Virus record (IMG/VR): IMGVR_UViG_2844443253_000003 | Strand: one strand, 5' to 3' | DNA: 52,166 nucleotides | Origin: a virus | Lineage: Duplodnaviria; Heunggongvirae; Uroviricota; Caudoviricetes | Shown: positions 39,994 through 51,305 of the stretch, piece after piece | Numbering within the stretch: the first letter of the stretch is position 1 | Layout of the letters: each line of letters starts with the position of its first letter | Program-made: the position numbers and the translations under genes | Notes under the pieces: model-generated | Told to the model about the DNA's origin: nothing | What the model saw: the letters and a program-made list of their open reading frames with translations, nothing else | The model's database searches: none

Positions 39994-41247
39994 TTAAGGC
40001 TGTTTTTTTATTAATGTCATCGTCCATCCTGCAGGGTTGAACTTGAAAGAATACGATTCTCCTGGTGCTAAGCTTTCAAATTTTTTAACTTGCTCTTTCC
40101 ACCCGTAATCTGGGAGTGGGGTAAGATTGAAAAAATATAAACATGAGATTAACGATGTTGTATATAACATCCATGGTAGGAATTTAAAGTGCAAGTGGGA
40201 AATATAGTTTAAGAAGTAAACCAATACAGAGTACCATATAATTGTTGGTATGACAGAATATCTTCCTCCGCCATGAATTAATAATGGCCATTGCTCACTT
40301 GTAGATGAAAGCATTGGTTTTGCTAGTGAAAACGTTAATGTTAGTATTGCGAAAACTATTGCCGAGCGCATGGGGTAATTGGAAACAATAAATGTAAAAA
40401 TAGTGATGGAAAGACAAATTATTGTAATTGCAATGCAAATTGAATCATGATTCCATAAAGGTGATAAAAAGTCACCATTAGCCCATAAACCCAGAAAAAC
40501 CTTTGTTGTTAATATTTTGCAAAGTGTTGCAAAATTAGCTCCAAGAACCATATCAACTCTGGTCTCAGAGGATGTCATAATAATAGAAATAAATTGAATC
40601 AAACAAATGGCAATGAAAACGTATTCGTGAGTGGTTATTTTTTTTGTAGATAAGCGTTTTTGTATAAGTATATTTATCCCTACCATTGGAGCCATGAATA
40701 CTATAAATGGACCACTTAGTCCACATATGATTATCGCTATATAATCGTGTGCTTTTTGATAATTATTTGTAGGCTTTGGAGCTAACATAACAAGAAGTAA
40801 ATATAGTGATAAATACCAATGATCATTAGTAACATTGGCGTGCACTTCTGATACTTCAGGCATTATTATAATAAACAAAGCAGTAAATATTCTTGGTGTT
40901 ATGTTTACGTAACTAAATCTTCCAGAGAGTATGAAAGATACAAGCAATGCCCTAACAATAATTGCGGAGATGTTAAAAATTAAAGGGGCATACATTAAAT
41001 TAAAATTTAATGATATGGAGGCAATAAGTTTTGATATGGTTTGATAATATCCATTTTGAGGGAATATCATTGATGTGAATATGCCATTATTGTATGCCAT
41101 AGCATACCATACATGACCATCTTCTGCCCAAAACTGCGGTGTTCTGATTATATCAGGGCGGCGCAAATACATCAAAATAACCGCAATGAAAAATACAGCA
41201 ATTAAGAAAAATAGTTTTTTTACATATGATGTTTTAAGGCTTTTCAT
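39994..41247 (-). CDS. serotype-specific O-antigen glucosyltransferase Gtr(type), polytopic membrane protein
   Basis: 417 aa, hydrophobic, AT-rich, third gene of gtrA-gtrB-gtr operon next to attR; exact type (GtrV/GtrX/other) not determinable here. Confidence 0.8.
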   Translation of the reverse strand: MKSLKTSYVKKLFFLIAVFFIAVILMYLRRPDIIRTPQFWAEDGHVWYAMAYNNGIFTSMIFPQNGYYQTISKLIASISLNFNLMYAPLIFNISAIIVRALLVSFILSGRFSYVNITPRIFTALFIIIMPEVSEVHANVTNDHWYLSLYLLLVMLAPKPTNNYQKAHDYIAIIICGLSGPFIVFMAPMVGINILIQKRLSTKKITTHEYVFIAICLIQFISIIMTSSETRVDMVLGANFATLCKILTTKVFLGLWANGDFLSPLWNHDSICIAITIICLSITIFTFIVSNYPMRSAIVFAILTLTFSLAKPMLSSTSEQWPLLIHGGGRYSVIPTIIWYSVLVYFLNYISHLHFKFLPWMLYTTSLISCLYFFNLTPLPDYGWKEQVKKFESLAPGESYSFKFNPAGWTMTLIKKQP

Positions 41248-42167
41248 TTTTGTTTCTCATTTTTGATGATGTATTTGGGACGATGTTTGCTTTCAATATA
41301 GATTCTGCCTATATATTCACCGAGAACACCAATCCCGATCAGCTGCACTCCACCCAAGAAAAGTATTGATACAAGCAGGGAGGGATACCCGCGTACTGGG
41401 TTACCAAAGACAAGGGTGTCTATAATCATCCATGCACCATATAAAAATGAAATGCTTGCAACAAACAAGCCTATATAAGTCCATACGCGAAGAGGAAAGG
41501 TTGAAAAACTTGTGATACCTTCCAGTGCCAGATTCCATAATTTCCAGCCATTAAATTTTGAGATGCCAGCAACGCGCTCTGCGCGTACATATTCAACGAC
41601 ATCTGTCTGACCACCCACCCAGCTCAGTATGCCTTTCATGAAAAGATTGCGCTCAGGCAACAGTTTAATGTTCTCCACAACCTCACGAGACATGAGTCGA
41701 AAATCTCCGACATTTTCCTCGATCTTTGGGGTGCTTATTTTGTTGTGTAACTTATAGAACCACTCAGCTGTCTTACGTTTCAGTCGTCCATCAGTTGAGC
41801 GGTCTGAACGTTTAGCAAGCACCATGTCAGCACCTGCCTGCCACTTTTCAATAAGATGAGGGATAACCTCAATTGGGTCTTGCAGGTCGACATCAATAGG
41901 AATTACAGCATCGCCGCTTGCATGGTCTAACCCTGCAAATAAGGCTGGTTCTTTACCAAAGTTGCGTGTAAATGACAGCGGAACAACTAGCGGGTCTGAA
42001 ACAGCCAGCGCGTTAATAATTGACTCCGTGGCATCTTTACTTCCGTCATTTATGAATACAATTTCTACTTCATATGGCTTCAACTCTTGGAATTCACGTA
42101 CCGTTTTATAGAAAACAGGTATCGCTTCTTCTTCATTGAAGACAGGAACGACAAGAGATATTTTCAT
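41244..42167 (-). CDS. gtrB: bactoprenol glucosyltransferase GtrB
   Basis: 307 aa GT-2 family N-terminus [17 protein letters not shown]...INDGSKD; C-terminal TM helices. Confidence 0.9.
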   Translation of the reverse strand: MKISLVVPVFNEEEAIPVFYKTVREFQELKPYEVEIVFINDGSKDATESIINALAVSDPLVVPLSFTRNFGKEPALFAGLDHASGDAVIPIDVDLQDPIEVIPHLIEKWQAGADMVLAKRSDRSTDGRLKRKTAEWFYKLHNKISTPKIEENVGDFRLMSREVVENIKLLPERNLFMKGILSWVGGQTDVVEYVRAERVAGISKFNGWKLWNLALEGITSFSTFPLRVWTYIGLFVASISFLYGAWMIIDTLVFGNPVRGYPSLLVSILFLGGVQLIGIGVLGEYIGRIYIESKHRPKYIIKNEKQK

Positions 42168-42526
42168 TTCGCATCCCTAAAGACAATGAACTTTGAATAG
42201 ACGAAACCGCACACCAGGCTGATGGCGGAGAAGGTGATAAGAGTGACTATTGGAGGAAGTGAGCATTTATCAGCAGCCCAACCAACAATCACACTCAATA
42301 TTCCCATGAATCCCACGTATAACATGTAGCGCATCGCTGTAGTCGATGCTTTGAATGTGAATCTTGCATTCGCGAAGAAGCTAAAGCTCACAGCCACTAC
42401 GAAACCTGTGAAGTTTGCCAGGGCCTGACTGGTATGTGCGGCATAGATACATACACCAAAAACCACCCAGTGTATAAGTGTGTTCAGCACACCTATAGAT
42501 GTGTACTTTACAAATAACTTTAACAT
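42164..42526 (-). CDS. gtrA: GtrA flippase-like membrane protein
   Basis: 120 aa, four predicted TM segments, [23 protein letters not shown]. Confidence 0.9.
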   Translation of the reverse strand: MLKLFVKYTSIGVLNTLIHWVVFGVCIYAAHTSQALANFTGFVVAVSFSFFANARFTFKASTTAMRYMLYVGFMGILSVIVGWAADKCSLPPIVTLITFSAISLVCGFVYSKFIVFRDAK

Positions 42527-42728
42527 TTATTTAATCAATGAGCTCTGAAAGGCATGAAGTCTATCATCCAAGTCTCAATTGATCGATACTTGCTATGTCT
42601 GATGAGACAAAACTGAGACACATAAGGCCTCACAATGGCTTGCAAGGCTTTACATGTTTTGATGTGGTGGGACGTGAGAGCGCAGTGTTGATGGGATAAT
42701 CTCTTGAATTACAAGCGGATTCTTATAA

Positions 42729-42792
42729 TTCGTAATGCGAAGGTCGTAGGTTCGACTCCTATTATCGGCACCATTTAAATCAATAAGTTACC
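42729..42792 (+). repeat. attR core: partial 3' tRNA-Thr copy, direct repeat of 145-208
   Basis: same 64-bp sequence; preceded by phage DNA instead of the tRNA 5' half. Confidence 0.85.
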
Positions 42793-43146
42793 TCGCATTT
42801 AAGTAAACTACGTTCTCCTCTTGTGCCGTATTTGTGCCATTGCGACTTATAATCGCATCGATTTTGCTCGCGTGCTCGGTAAGATGCCCGGCTGAAAGGT
42901 GGGCGTATCTTTGAACCATTTCGAGAGTTTCCCATCCTCCCATCTCTTTAAGCGCAAGAAGAGAGACACCGGACTGAACCAGCCAGCTTGCCCAGGTATG
43001 CCTCAGGTCATGGAAGCGGAAGTTGCTAATGCCTGCCCGCTTTAACGCTCCCTTCCATGCCTTGTTGCTGTCGGTTCTCATCTTCCTTACCGCTGCTGTT
43101 TTTGTTCCGTCGCTTCGGTAGGCAGGTTTGGTGTGGACAAACACCC
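42788..43146 (-). pseudogene. C-terminal fragment of a second, divergent tyrosine integrase, truncated by IS600
   Basis: [19 protein letters not shown]...VQRYAHL motifs; differs from int at 205-1368; reading frame runs into the IS600 end at 43147. Confidence 0.7.
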
Positions 43147-44412
43147 TGAGGTGTACTGGCAATAGCGGACACTACCATTTGTTCTTTTTTTAAGCAGCCA
43201 TCTGATGATATTTTTCCCTGAAGGCTGCCGGGGAGATATTCCCCAGACGAGAGTGACGACGCTGACGATTGTAGAAAATCTCAATGTATTCCCGTATTAC
43301 TGAGATGGCTTCATCCCGGTTATTAAAACGATAGTGGCTCAGGCTCTCATTTTTCAGCGTTCCCCAGAAGCTTTCCATCGGAGCGTTGTCGTAACAGTTA
43401 CCTTTACGCGACATTGATGTTTTCAGACCAAACTGCTCCTGTATGACCCGGTAATCGTATGCGCAGTACTGTGAACCTCGATCAGAGTGGTGGATTAGCC
43501 CGGCAGGTGGGCGCTGGCTCCTGAGCGCCATAAACAGGGCTTTACCTGTCAGCTCTTTTGTCATGCGCTCTCCCATGGCGTAGCCGACAATTTCGCACGT
43601 ATAAACATCTTTGATGCCAGCGAGGTACAACCATCCCTCCTGTGTGGCAACATACGTCAGGTCCGCCACCCAGACCTGATTTGGTGCTGTAGGAGCGAAC
43701 GTCTGGTTCAGCAGATTTGGCGCAACTGGCAGATTGTGGTTCGGGTTCGTAGTCGCTCTGAACTTGCGTTTCTGCTTACAGCGTAGCCTCAGCTCCTTAC
43801 GAAGACGTGCCAGTCGGTCACGACCAACGATGATGCCATTCTCTGCCAGCTCCGTCTGGAGCCGCCGGGTTCCATATGTTTCGCGAGTGCGGATATGTGC
43901 CACCTTAATCTCCGGTTTTAGCCGCTCATCACTTTGTTTTCTGTCTGAGGGTTCATGCTGTACCCAGTTGTAATAACCGCTCCTGGATACACCAAATACC
44001 TGACACATCGCTTCAATGGGAAATTGTTGTCGCCATTGTTCGATTAACGCGTATTTTTCAGCGACTCCTGTGCAAAATACGCTGTTGCTTTTTTTTAATA
44101 TATCTCGCTCAAGGCGAGCTTCATTTAACGCCTTACGCAGTTGCAGAATTTCAGATTCCAGTTCAGCCAGCGTGCGGGAACCAGGAGTACCGAGCCCTTT
44201 TCTGGCGGCGGTAACCCATTGTCCTAAAGTGCCTTCAGGAAGGAATAATCGGGAAGCGTCTTCACTGATCGAAAGTTGATTTTCAAGAACCGTTCTGACA
44301 GCTTCGGCTTTGAACTCTTTAGAGTAACGTTGGGTTTTTCTGCTCATTATTAGCTCCTTCTGATGCCATTCTATTTCAGGAAGGAGTGTCCGTTAAACTC
44401 AGGCTACCTCAG
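43147..44412 (-). mobile_element. IS600 (IS3 family) copy 1, no flanking target duplication
   Basis: ends TGAGGTAGCCTGAGTTTAACGGACACTCC / GGTAGTGTCCGCTATTGCCAGTACACCTCA shared with copies at 47312 and 51306; flanking triplets differ (CCC vs GAC). Confidence 0.85.
43190..44347 (-). CDS. IS600 transposase as a contiguous OrfAB fusion (385 aa)
   Basis: A-run of 8 at the slippery site (vs 7 in copy 2) puts orfA and orfB in one frame. Confidence 0.8.
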   Translation of the reverse strand: MSRKTQRYSKEFKAEAVRTVLENQLSISEDASRLFLPEGTLGQWVTAARKGLGTPGSRTLAELESEILQLRKALNEARLERDILKKSNSVFCTGVAEKYALIEQWRQQFPIEAMCQVFGVSRSGYYNWVQHEPSDRKQSDERLKPEIKVAHIRTRETYGTRRLQTELAENGIIVGRDRLARLRKELRLRCKQKRKFRATTNPNHNLPVAPNLLNQTFAPTAPNQVWVADLTYVATQEGWLYLAGIKDVYTCEIVGYAMGERMTKELTGKALFMALRSQRPPAGLIHHSDRGSQYCAYDYRVIQEQFGLKTSMSRKGNCYDNAPMESFWGTLKNESLSHYRFNNRDEAISVIREYIEIFYNRQRRHSRLGNISPAAFREKYHQMAA

Positions 44413-44509
44413 ACGTCCCGTATGATGGATATGAAATCAAGACAATCACACATCCTGAACCGCCCCGGGAATCCTGGAGACTAAACTTCCTGAGAAAGAG
44501 GTAAACAGG

Positions 44510-44832
44510 ATGACTAAAAATACTCGTTTTTCCCCCGAAGTCCGTCAACGGGCAGTCCGTATGGTTCTGGAAAGTCAGGGCGAATATGACTCACAATGGG
44601 CGACAATTTGTTCCATTGCCCCAAAGATTGGCTGTACGCCGGAGACTCTGCGTGTCTGGGGTCGCCAGCATGAGCGGGATACCGGGGGCGGTGATGGAGG
44701 GCTCACCACCGCTGAACGTCAGCGTCTGAAAGAGCTGGAGCGTGAAAATCGTGAACTGCGCCGCAGTAACGATATCCTTCGCCAGGCTTCCGCTTATTTT
44801 GCGAAGGCGGAGTTCGACCGCCTCTGGAAAAA

Positions 44833-44836
<4 letters not shown>
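44510..44836 (+). CDS. IS629 OrfA
   Basis: [50 protein letters not shown]. Confidence 0.85.
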
Positions 44837-45719
<883 letters not shown>

Positions 45720-45761
45720 GTTCACAGATAAAACACTCTCCAGGAAACCCGGGGCGGTTCA

Positions 45762-46062
45762 GAAAGTAAATGAAACAGATGCTGAATACCTGGTGCGTAA
45801 ATTCGATGAGCTTGAAGCTAAATGTGCAGCACAGGAAAACAAAGTAATACCAGTGTCAACTGAACTGCCACCAGCAAATGAAAGTGTTTTGTTATTCGAT
45901 GCTAACGGAGAAGGCTGGCTAATTGGCTGGCGTTCTCTCTGGTACACCTGGGGACAAAAAGAAACCGGAGAATGGCAGTGGACATTTCAGGTCGGGGACC
46001 TTGAAAACGTCAATATCACTCACTGGGCAGTAATGCCAAAAGCACCGGAGGCTGGAGCATAA
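45762..46062 (+). pseudogene. Ead/Ea22-like gene, C-terminal fragment truncated by IS629
   Basis: [19 protein letters not shown]... similar to 4524-5039; ORF upstream part lies inside IS629. Confidence 0.55.
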
Positions 46063-46367
46063 TGACCACTTTTACCGACAAAGAACTGATTAAAGAAATT
46101 AAAGAGCGTATCAGCAGCCTTGACGTGCGAGACGATATTGAGCGCCGTGCTTATGAAATCGCACTCCTATCTCTGGAAGTAGAACCAGATGAACGCGAAG
46201 CTTATGAATTATTCATGGAAAAGCGTTTTGGTGACTTAGTAGATCGTCGGAGAGCAAAAAACGGCGATAACGAATACATGGCATGGGATATGACTCTCGG
46301 TTGGATCGTCTGGCAGCAACGAGCTGGTATCCATTTCTCAACAATGTCACAGCAAGAGGTGAAATAA
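46062..46367 (+). CDS. hypothetical phage protein (mosaic relative of 1595-1921)
   Basis: C-terminal 55 aa near-identical to 1595-1921 product, N-terminus different. Confidence 0.5.
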   Translation: MTTFTDKELIKEIKERISSLDVRDDIERRAYEIALLSLEVEPDEREAYELFMEKRFGDLVDRRRAKNGDNEYMAWDMTLGWIVWQQRAGIHFSTMSQQEVK

Positions 46368-46717
46368 TGGAGCCATACAGCCTCACACTCGATGAGGCCT
46401 GTCATTTTCTCAAGATATCCAGACCGACTGCCATTAACTGGATACGCACAGGGCGTCTTCAGGCAACACGCAAAGATCCCACTAAGAATAAATCTCCTTA
46501 CCTCACAACACGACAAGCCTGCATTGCGGCTCTTCAGTCTCCGCTGCATACTGTCCAGGTGAGCGCGGGTGATGGCATAACAGAGGAAAGAAAATGTCAC
46601 TCTTCCGCAGAGGTGAAATATGGTACGCCAGTTTCACATTGCCGAACGGTAAAAGATTTAAACAGTCTCTTGGAACAAAGGACAAAAGGCAGGCGACAGA
46701 ACTCCATGACAAGCTAA
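46367..46717 (+). CDS. xis: excisionase-like protein, second copy
   Basis: near-identical to 1245-1595 product. Confidence 0.55.
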   Translation: MEPYSLTLDEACHFLKISRPTAINWIRTGRLQATRKDPTKNKSPYLTTRQACIAALQSPLHTVQVSAGDGITEERKCHSSAEVKYGTPVSHCRTVKDLNSLLEQRTKGRRQNSMTS

Positions 46718-47311
46718 AGGCTGAAGCATGGCGGGTCAGCAAACTTGGTGAAATACCTGATATAACGTTCGAGGAAGCGTGTGTCAGGTGGCTTGAAGAG
46801 AAAGCACATAAAAAATCACTGGACGATGACAAAAGCCGGATCGGATTCTGGCTTCAACATTTCGCAGGAATACAACTAAGAGACATTACTGAATCAAAAA
46901 TTTATTCAGCAATGCAGAAAATGACGAACCGGCGTCATGAGGAAAACTGGAAACTCAGGGCAGAATCATGCAGAAAAAAAGGGAAACCTGTTCCAGAATA
47001 CACGCCAAAACCAGCGTCCGTTGCAACGAAGGCTACGCATCTTTCATTTATAAAGGCCCTACTAAGAGCCGCAGAGCGTGAATGGAAAATGCTGGATAAG
47101 GCACCAATTATTAAAGTGCCTCAACCAAAGAATAAACGGATCCGCTGGCTGGAGCCCCATGAAGCACAAAGGCTGATTGATGAATGTCCGGAGCCATTAA
47201 AGTCTGTTGTTGAATTTGCACTGGCAACAGGCTTAAGACGCTCGAACATCATCAACCTTGAATGGCAACAAATAAATATGCAGCGCCGGGTGGCATGGAT
47301 AAACCCGGAAG
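46594..47311 (+). pseudogene. int: integrase N-terminal fragment (second copy) interrupted by IS600
   Basis: about 98% identical to N-terminal 238 aa of int 205-1368; frame broken at IS600 left end. Confidence 0.8.
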
Positions 47312-47375
47312 TGAGGTAGCCTGAGTTTAACGGACACTCCTTCCTGAAATAGAATGGCATCAGAAGGAGCTAATA

Positions 47376-47678
47376 ATGAGCAGAAAAACCCAACGTTACT
47401 CTAAAGAGTTCAAAGCCGAAGCTGTCAGAACGGTTCTTGAAAATCAACTTTCGATCAGTGAAGGCGCTTCCCGATTATCTCTTCCTGAAGGCACTTTAGG
47501 ACAATGGGTTACCGCCGCCAGAAAAGGGCTCGGTACTCCTGGTTCCCGCACGCTGGCTGAACTGGAATCTGAAATTCTGCAACTGCGTAAGGCGTTAAAT
47601 GAAGCTCGCCTTGAGCGAGATATATTAAAAAAAGCAACAGCGTATTTTGCACAGGAGTCGCTGAAAAATACGCGTTAA
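47376..47678 (+). CDS. IS600 OrfA
   Basis: 100 aa MSRKTQRYSKEFKAEAVRTVLENQ... Confidence 0.85.
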   Translation: MSRKTQRYSKEFKAEAVRTVLENQLSISEGASRLSLPEGTLGQWVTAARKGLGTPGSRTLAELESEILQLRKALNEARLERDILKKATAYFAQESLKNTR

Positions 47679-47713
47679 TCGAACAATGGCGACAACAATT
47701 TCCCATTGAAGCG

Positions 47714-48532
47714 ATGTGTCAGGTATTTGGTGTATCCAGGAGCGGTTATTACAACTGGGTACAGCATGAACCCTCAGACAGAAAACAAAGTGATGAGCGG
47801 CTAAAACTGGAGATTAAGGTGGCACATATCCGCACTCGCGAAACATATGGAACCCGGCGGCTCCAGACGGAGCTGGCAGAGAATGGCATCATCGTTGGTC
47901 GTGACCGACTGGCACGTCTTCGTAAGGAGCTAAGGCTACGCTGTAAGCAGAAACGCAAGTTCAGAGCGACTACGAACCCGAACCACAATCTGCCAGTTGC
48001 GCCAAATCTGCTGAACCAGACGTTCGCTCCTACAGCACCAAATCAGGTCTGGGTGGCGGACCTGACGTATGTTGCCACACAGGAGGGATGGTTGTACCTC
48101 GCTGGCATCAAAGATGTTTATACGTGCGAAATTGTCGGCTACGCCATGGGAGAGCGCATGACAAAAGAGCTGACAGGTAAAGCCCTGTTTATGGCGCTCA
48201 GGAGCCAGCGCCCACCTGCCGGGCTAATCCACCACTCTGATCGAGGTTCACAGTACTGCGCATACGATTACCGGGTCATACAGGAGCAGTCTGGTCTGAA
48301 AACATCAATGTCGCGTAAAGGTAACTGTTACGACAACGCTCCGATGGAAAGCTTCTGGGGAACGCTGAAAAATGAGAGCCTGAGCCACTATCGTTTTAAT
48401 AACCGGGATGAAGCCATCTCAGTAATACGGGAATACATTGAGATTTTCTACAATCGTCAGCGTCGTCACTCTCGTCTGGGGAATATCTCCCCGGCAGCCT
48501 TCAGGGAAAAATATCATCAGATGGCTGCTTAA
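47714..48532 (+). CDS. IS600 OrfB (DDE domain)
   Basis: 272 aa in -1 frame relative to orfA; A7 slippery run at 47627-47633. Confidence 0.85.
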   Translation: MCQVFGVSRSGYYNWVQHEPSDRKQSDERLKLEIKVAHIRTRETYGTRRLQTELAENGIIVGRDRLARLRKELRLRCKQKRKFRATTNPNHNLPVAPNLLNQTFAPTAPNQVWVADLTYVATQEGWLYLAGIKDVYTCEIVGYAMGERMTKELTGKALFMALRSQRPPAGLIHHSDRGSQYCAYDYRVIQEQSGLKTSMSRKGNCYDNAPMESFWGTLKNESLSHYRFNNRDEAISVIREYIEIFYNRQRRHSRLGNISPAAFREKYHQMAA

Positions 48533-48574
48533 AAAAGAACAAATGGTAGTGTCCGCTATTGCCAGTACACCTCA

Positions 48575-49023
48575 AAGAGAGTAAATCAAACCGCGCAATT
48601 GGCGTTGCGCTGAATGATACTGCATGTCGCGTATTGAAAAAACAAATCGGAAATCATCACCGTTGGGTATTTGTGTACAAGGAAAGCTGTACCAAACCAG
48701 ACGGAACGAAAGCGCCAACAGTAAGGAAGATGCGGTATGACGCAAACACAGCCTGGAAAGCGGCGCTGAGACGGGCTGGTATTGATGATTTCAGATTTCA
48801 CGACTTGAGACACACCTGGGCAAGTTGGCTGGTTCAAGCCGGAGTCCCGTTATCAGTGTTACAGGAAATGGGAGGCTGGGAGTCTATCGAAATGGTTCGT
48901 CGATATGCTCACCTCGCACCTAATCACCTTACCGAACACGCACGGCAAATAGACTTGATTCTGAACCCATCGGTCCCAAATTTGTCCCAGTCAAGAAATA
49001 AGGAAGGTACTAATGATGTGTAA
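48575..49023 (+). pseudogene. int: integrase C-terminal fragment (second copy)
   Basis: ESKSNRAIG...[16 protein letters not shown]...GTNDV, near-identical to C-terminus of int 205-1368. Confidence 0.8.
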
Positions 49024-49083
49024 CTTATTGATTTAAATGGTGCCGATAATAGGAGTCGAACCTACGACCTTCGCATTACGAAT
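49020..49083 (-). repeat. third copy of the 64-bp att core, inverted, joined to unique DNA
   Basis: reverse complement of 145-208; sequence beyond 49084 matches neither the tRNA 5' half nor the gtrA promoter region. Confidence 0.8.
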
Positions 49084-49371
49084 CTGTAGCACCAATCATA
49101 ACTATCTGTTTTAGCAAGCATTAACCGCATTCACTAAGCTATAGTTGATGACACAAACAGAAAGTTGATGCATGATGTTGCCATATATATGTCACAAATA
49201 CGGCACAACGATCTTCAAACATATAGCCACACATTCACAGAAGAGCACAAAGCCTTGCAATCCAGTGCAAAGCTTGGTGTGTCTCCGTTTTGTTTCATCA
49301 GTTACACATAACTATATGATCATTAACTAAAAGTCAGTATACTTGGAGAAATTTTAATTGCGTAATAGAGC

Positions 49372-50544
49372 ATGCATATGATTGAAATTAACAGTTTATT
49401 ATTAATAACATCCGTGATATTGATGTCGTTATTAGCTGTGGGGTTATTTGATAAAATTTCCCCAATAAATCTTGTTGAGCACGGCAGGAATAATCAAATA
49501 GATGGAATGCGGGGGTTCTTAGCAATTTTCGTGCTTATTCATCACGCAGCAATTTGGAATGGATACTTGTCATCTGGAGTATGGGAAGCACCTTCATCAA
49601 ATCTGTTAGCAAATTTAGGCCAAGTTGGTGTGTCATTCTTTTTTATGATTACTGGTTATCTGTTCTTTTCAAAGATTATCTCTGGAGATCAGGACTGGAC
49701 AAGGCTTTATGTATCAAGATTACTACGATTAACCCCAATGTTCATAGTTAGCCTATGTCTCATTTTTATCATTGTAGGTTTTAAGTCTGGATGGAGAATG
49801 CAGGTATCCACAGAAGAGCTTTTTGTGTCAATAATGAAGTGGTTGCCATTCACTGCGCTAGGTATGCCGAACATTAATGACGTAAAAGATTCATTTACTA
49901 TCAATGCCGCTGTAACATGGACACTTGTATATGAATGGTTCTTTTATTTTTCTCTTCCGGTAATTTCCGCGCTCATAAAAAGAAAAGTCAGTATTTACAT
50001 GGTTATGATTAGCGCAATATCGCTATTTGTTTTCATTTTATTTTTCAGTAAAATACACATAGCATCATTTCTTTTTGGGCTCCTGGCATTTTTGCTAAAT
50101 AAATCAAAGATAGTCAATGGAATTGCCAAAGCAAAAGTAACACCAATTATAATAACTGCGATAATGGTTTTTGAAATGACGTATTTCAAAACAACTTACG
50201 CACCGCTACCACTGATTCTTTGTGGAATAACATTTATCATTATCGCATCAGGTTGTGATTTGTATGGAATATTAAGATTAAATATAACCAGAAAGCTAGG
50301 AGAAACTACCTACAGCGTTTACCTTCTGCATGGGATATTCCTTTATTGCCTAATGACGTGGATTATTCCTAATAATTACACTGAAAATACATTTATCATA
50401 CTGGTAAGCACAACTGCATTTCTTATTACGTTCACATCATGCCTAACTTTTAAATTAATAGAGACGCCATTCATCAAATTAACAAAACAAACCACAACTT
50501 TAGTAAAAGAATTAATACCCACATTAACAAACAACAATCAATAA
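49372..50544 (+). CDS. acyltransferase-3 family integral membrane protein, candidate O-antigen O-acetyltransferase
   Basis: 390 aa, about 10 TM segments, AT-rich; N-proximal motif IDGMRGFLAIFVLIHH typical of acyltransferase-3/OafA-like enzymes. Confidence 0.7.
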   Translation: MHMIEINSLLLITSVILMSLLAVGLFDKISPINLVEHGRNNQIDGMRGFLAIFVLIHHAAIWNGYLSSGVWEAPSSNLLANLGQVGVSFFFMITGYLFFSKIISGDQDWTRLYVSRLLRLTPMFIVSLCLIFIIVGFKSGWRMQVSTEELFVSIMKWLPFTALGMPNINDVKDSFTINAAVTWTLVYEWFFYFSLPVISALIKRKVSIYMVMISAISLFVFILFFSKIHIASFLFGLLAFLLNKSKIVNGIAKAKVTPIIITAIMVFEMTYFKTTYAPLPLILCGITFIIIASGCDLYGILRLNITRKLGETTYSVYLLHGIFLYCLMTWIIPNNYTENTFIILVSTTAFLITFTSCLTFKLIETPFIKLTKQTTTLVKELIPTLTNNNQ

Positions 50545-50597
50545 ACAATAAACATAAGCCGCCCTACATATATGTCCAAATGGGGCGGCGAATGTAT

Positions 50598-51305
50598 TTA
50601 TATTAGTCTGGTAATGCTAAATGCAAACGAACTGGAGATTCCTGCCCCGCTAAGCGTATTGCGCAGGGTCACCCTAAATGTATCTACGCCAATATAAGTA
50701 ACATCACAACTAACTGAATCAGGCGCAGATATAGGTGTTATCTGCACAATATAACCGCTAGCAACTGCTGCGAGCGGATGAGAAAAGCTAACATCATACA
50801 CACCTGTAGAAACCACGTTAACCGATGAAACACCAGTAGCAACGTCGATACTACCATTGGCGTTAATTTTTCCCGAGCGTGTGACTGACAATGCAGAAGC
50901 CGATGTTACCTTACTGGTTGTTTCTGTAAAAACACACCCAATGTCAACTACCTCGCAATTAGCTCCTGTTATCCAGTATGGTCGTTCTGCACTTGGCTGA
51001 TAATCCCCTGCGCTCTGGAACGTTGTGCCGTTGAGTATGACTGTAACTTTTCCCCCACCTGAGCTTGTTACTTGAATATTCGTGTGCGTGTATCTTGCAC
51101 TGCTCACGCGATGAAAATTTCCACCGTTTATAACCACAGTTACAGGGCGCGTCCCAGTATTATCTATAGCAAGGTCTGCCCCCCCGGCATTAGCCTCAAA
51201 GTATGGGTTGTTTAATACCAAAGCGCACGAACCGTTAAGGCCATTTATAGCTAATTGCGCACCACCTGTACTGGAATCCCCCTGAGTACCATTTCCTTCA
51301 CAAGT
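50598..51305 (-). pseudogene. N-terminally truncated gene of unknown function (Ser/Thr/Gly/Val-rich), cut by IS600
   Basis: open frame continues without a start codon up to the IS600 end at 51306. Confidence 0.45.

Larger units (their letters stand above)
47312..48574 (+). mobile_element. IS600 copy 2 with 3-bp target duplication AAG
   Basis: same terminal repeats; AAG at 47309-47311 and 48575-48577; intact int has a single AAG at this position. Confidence 0.9.

Noticed and set aside
43087-43284. 65-aa ORF spanning the IS600 end and flanking DNA (also 51251-51442)
   Set aside because: Read-through across an IS terminal repeat; not a gene.
49020-49083. Third att core as a possible intact second tRNA-Thr gene
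   Set aside because: Only the 3' part of the tRNA is present; the adjacent sequence cannot form the acceptor and D arms.
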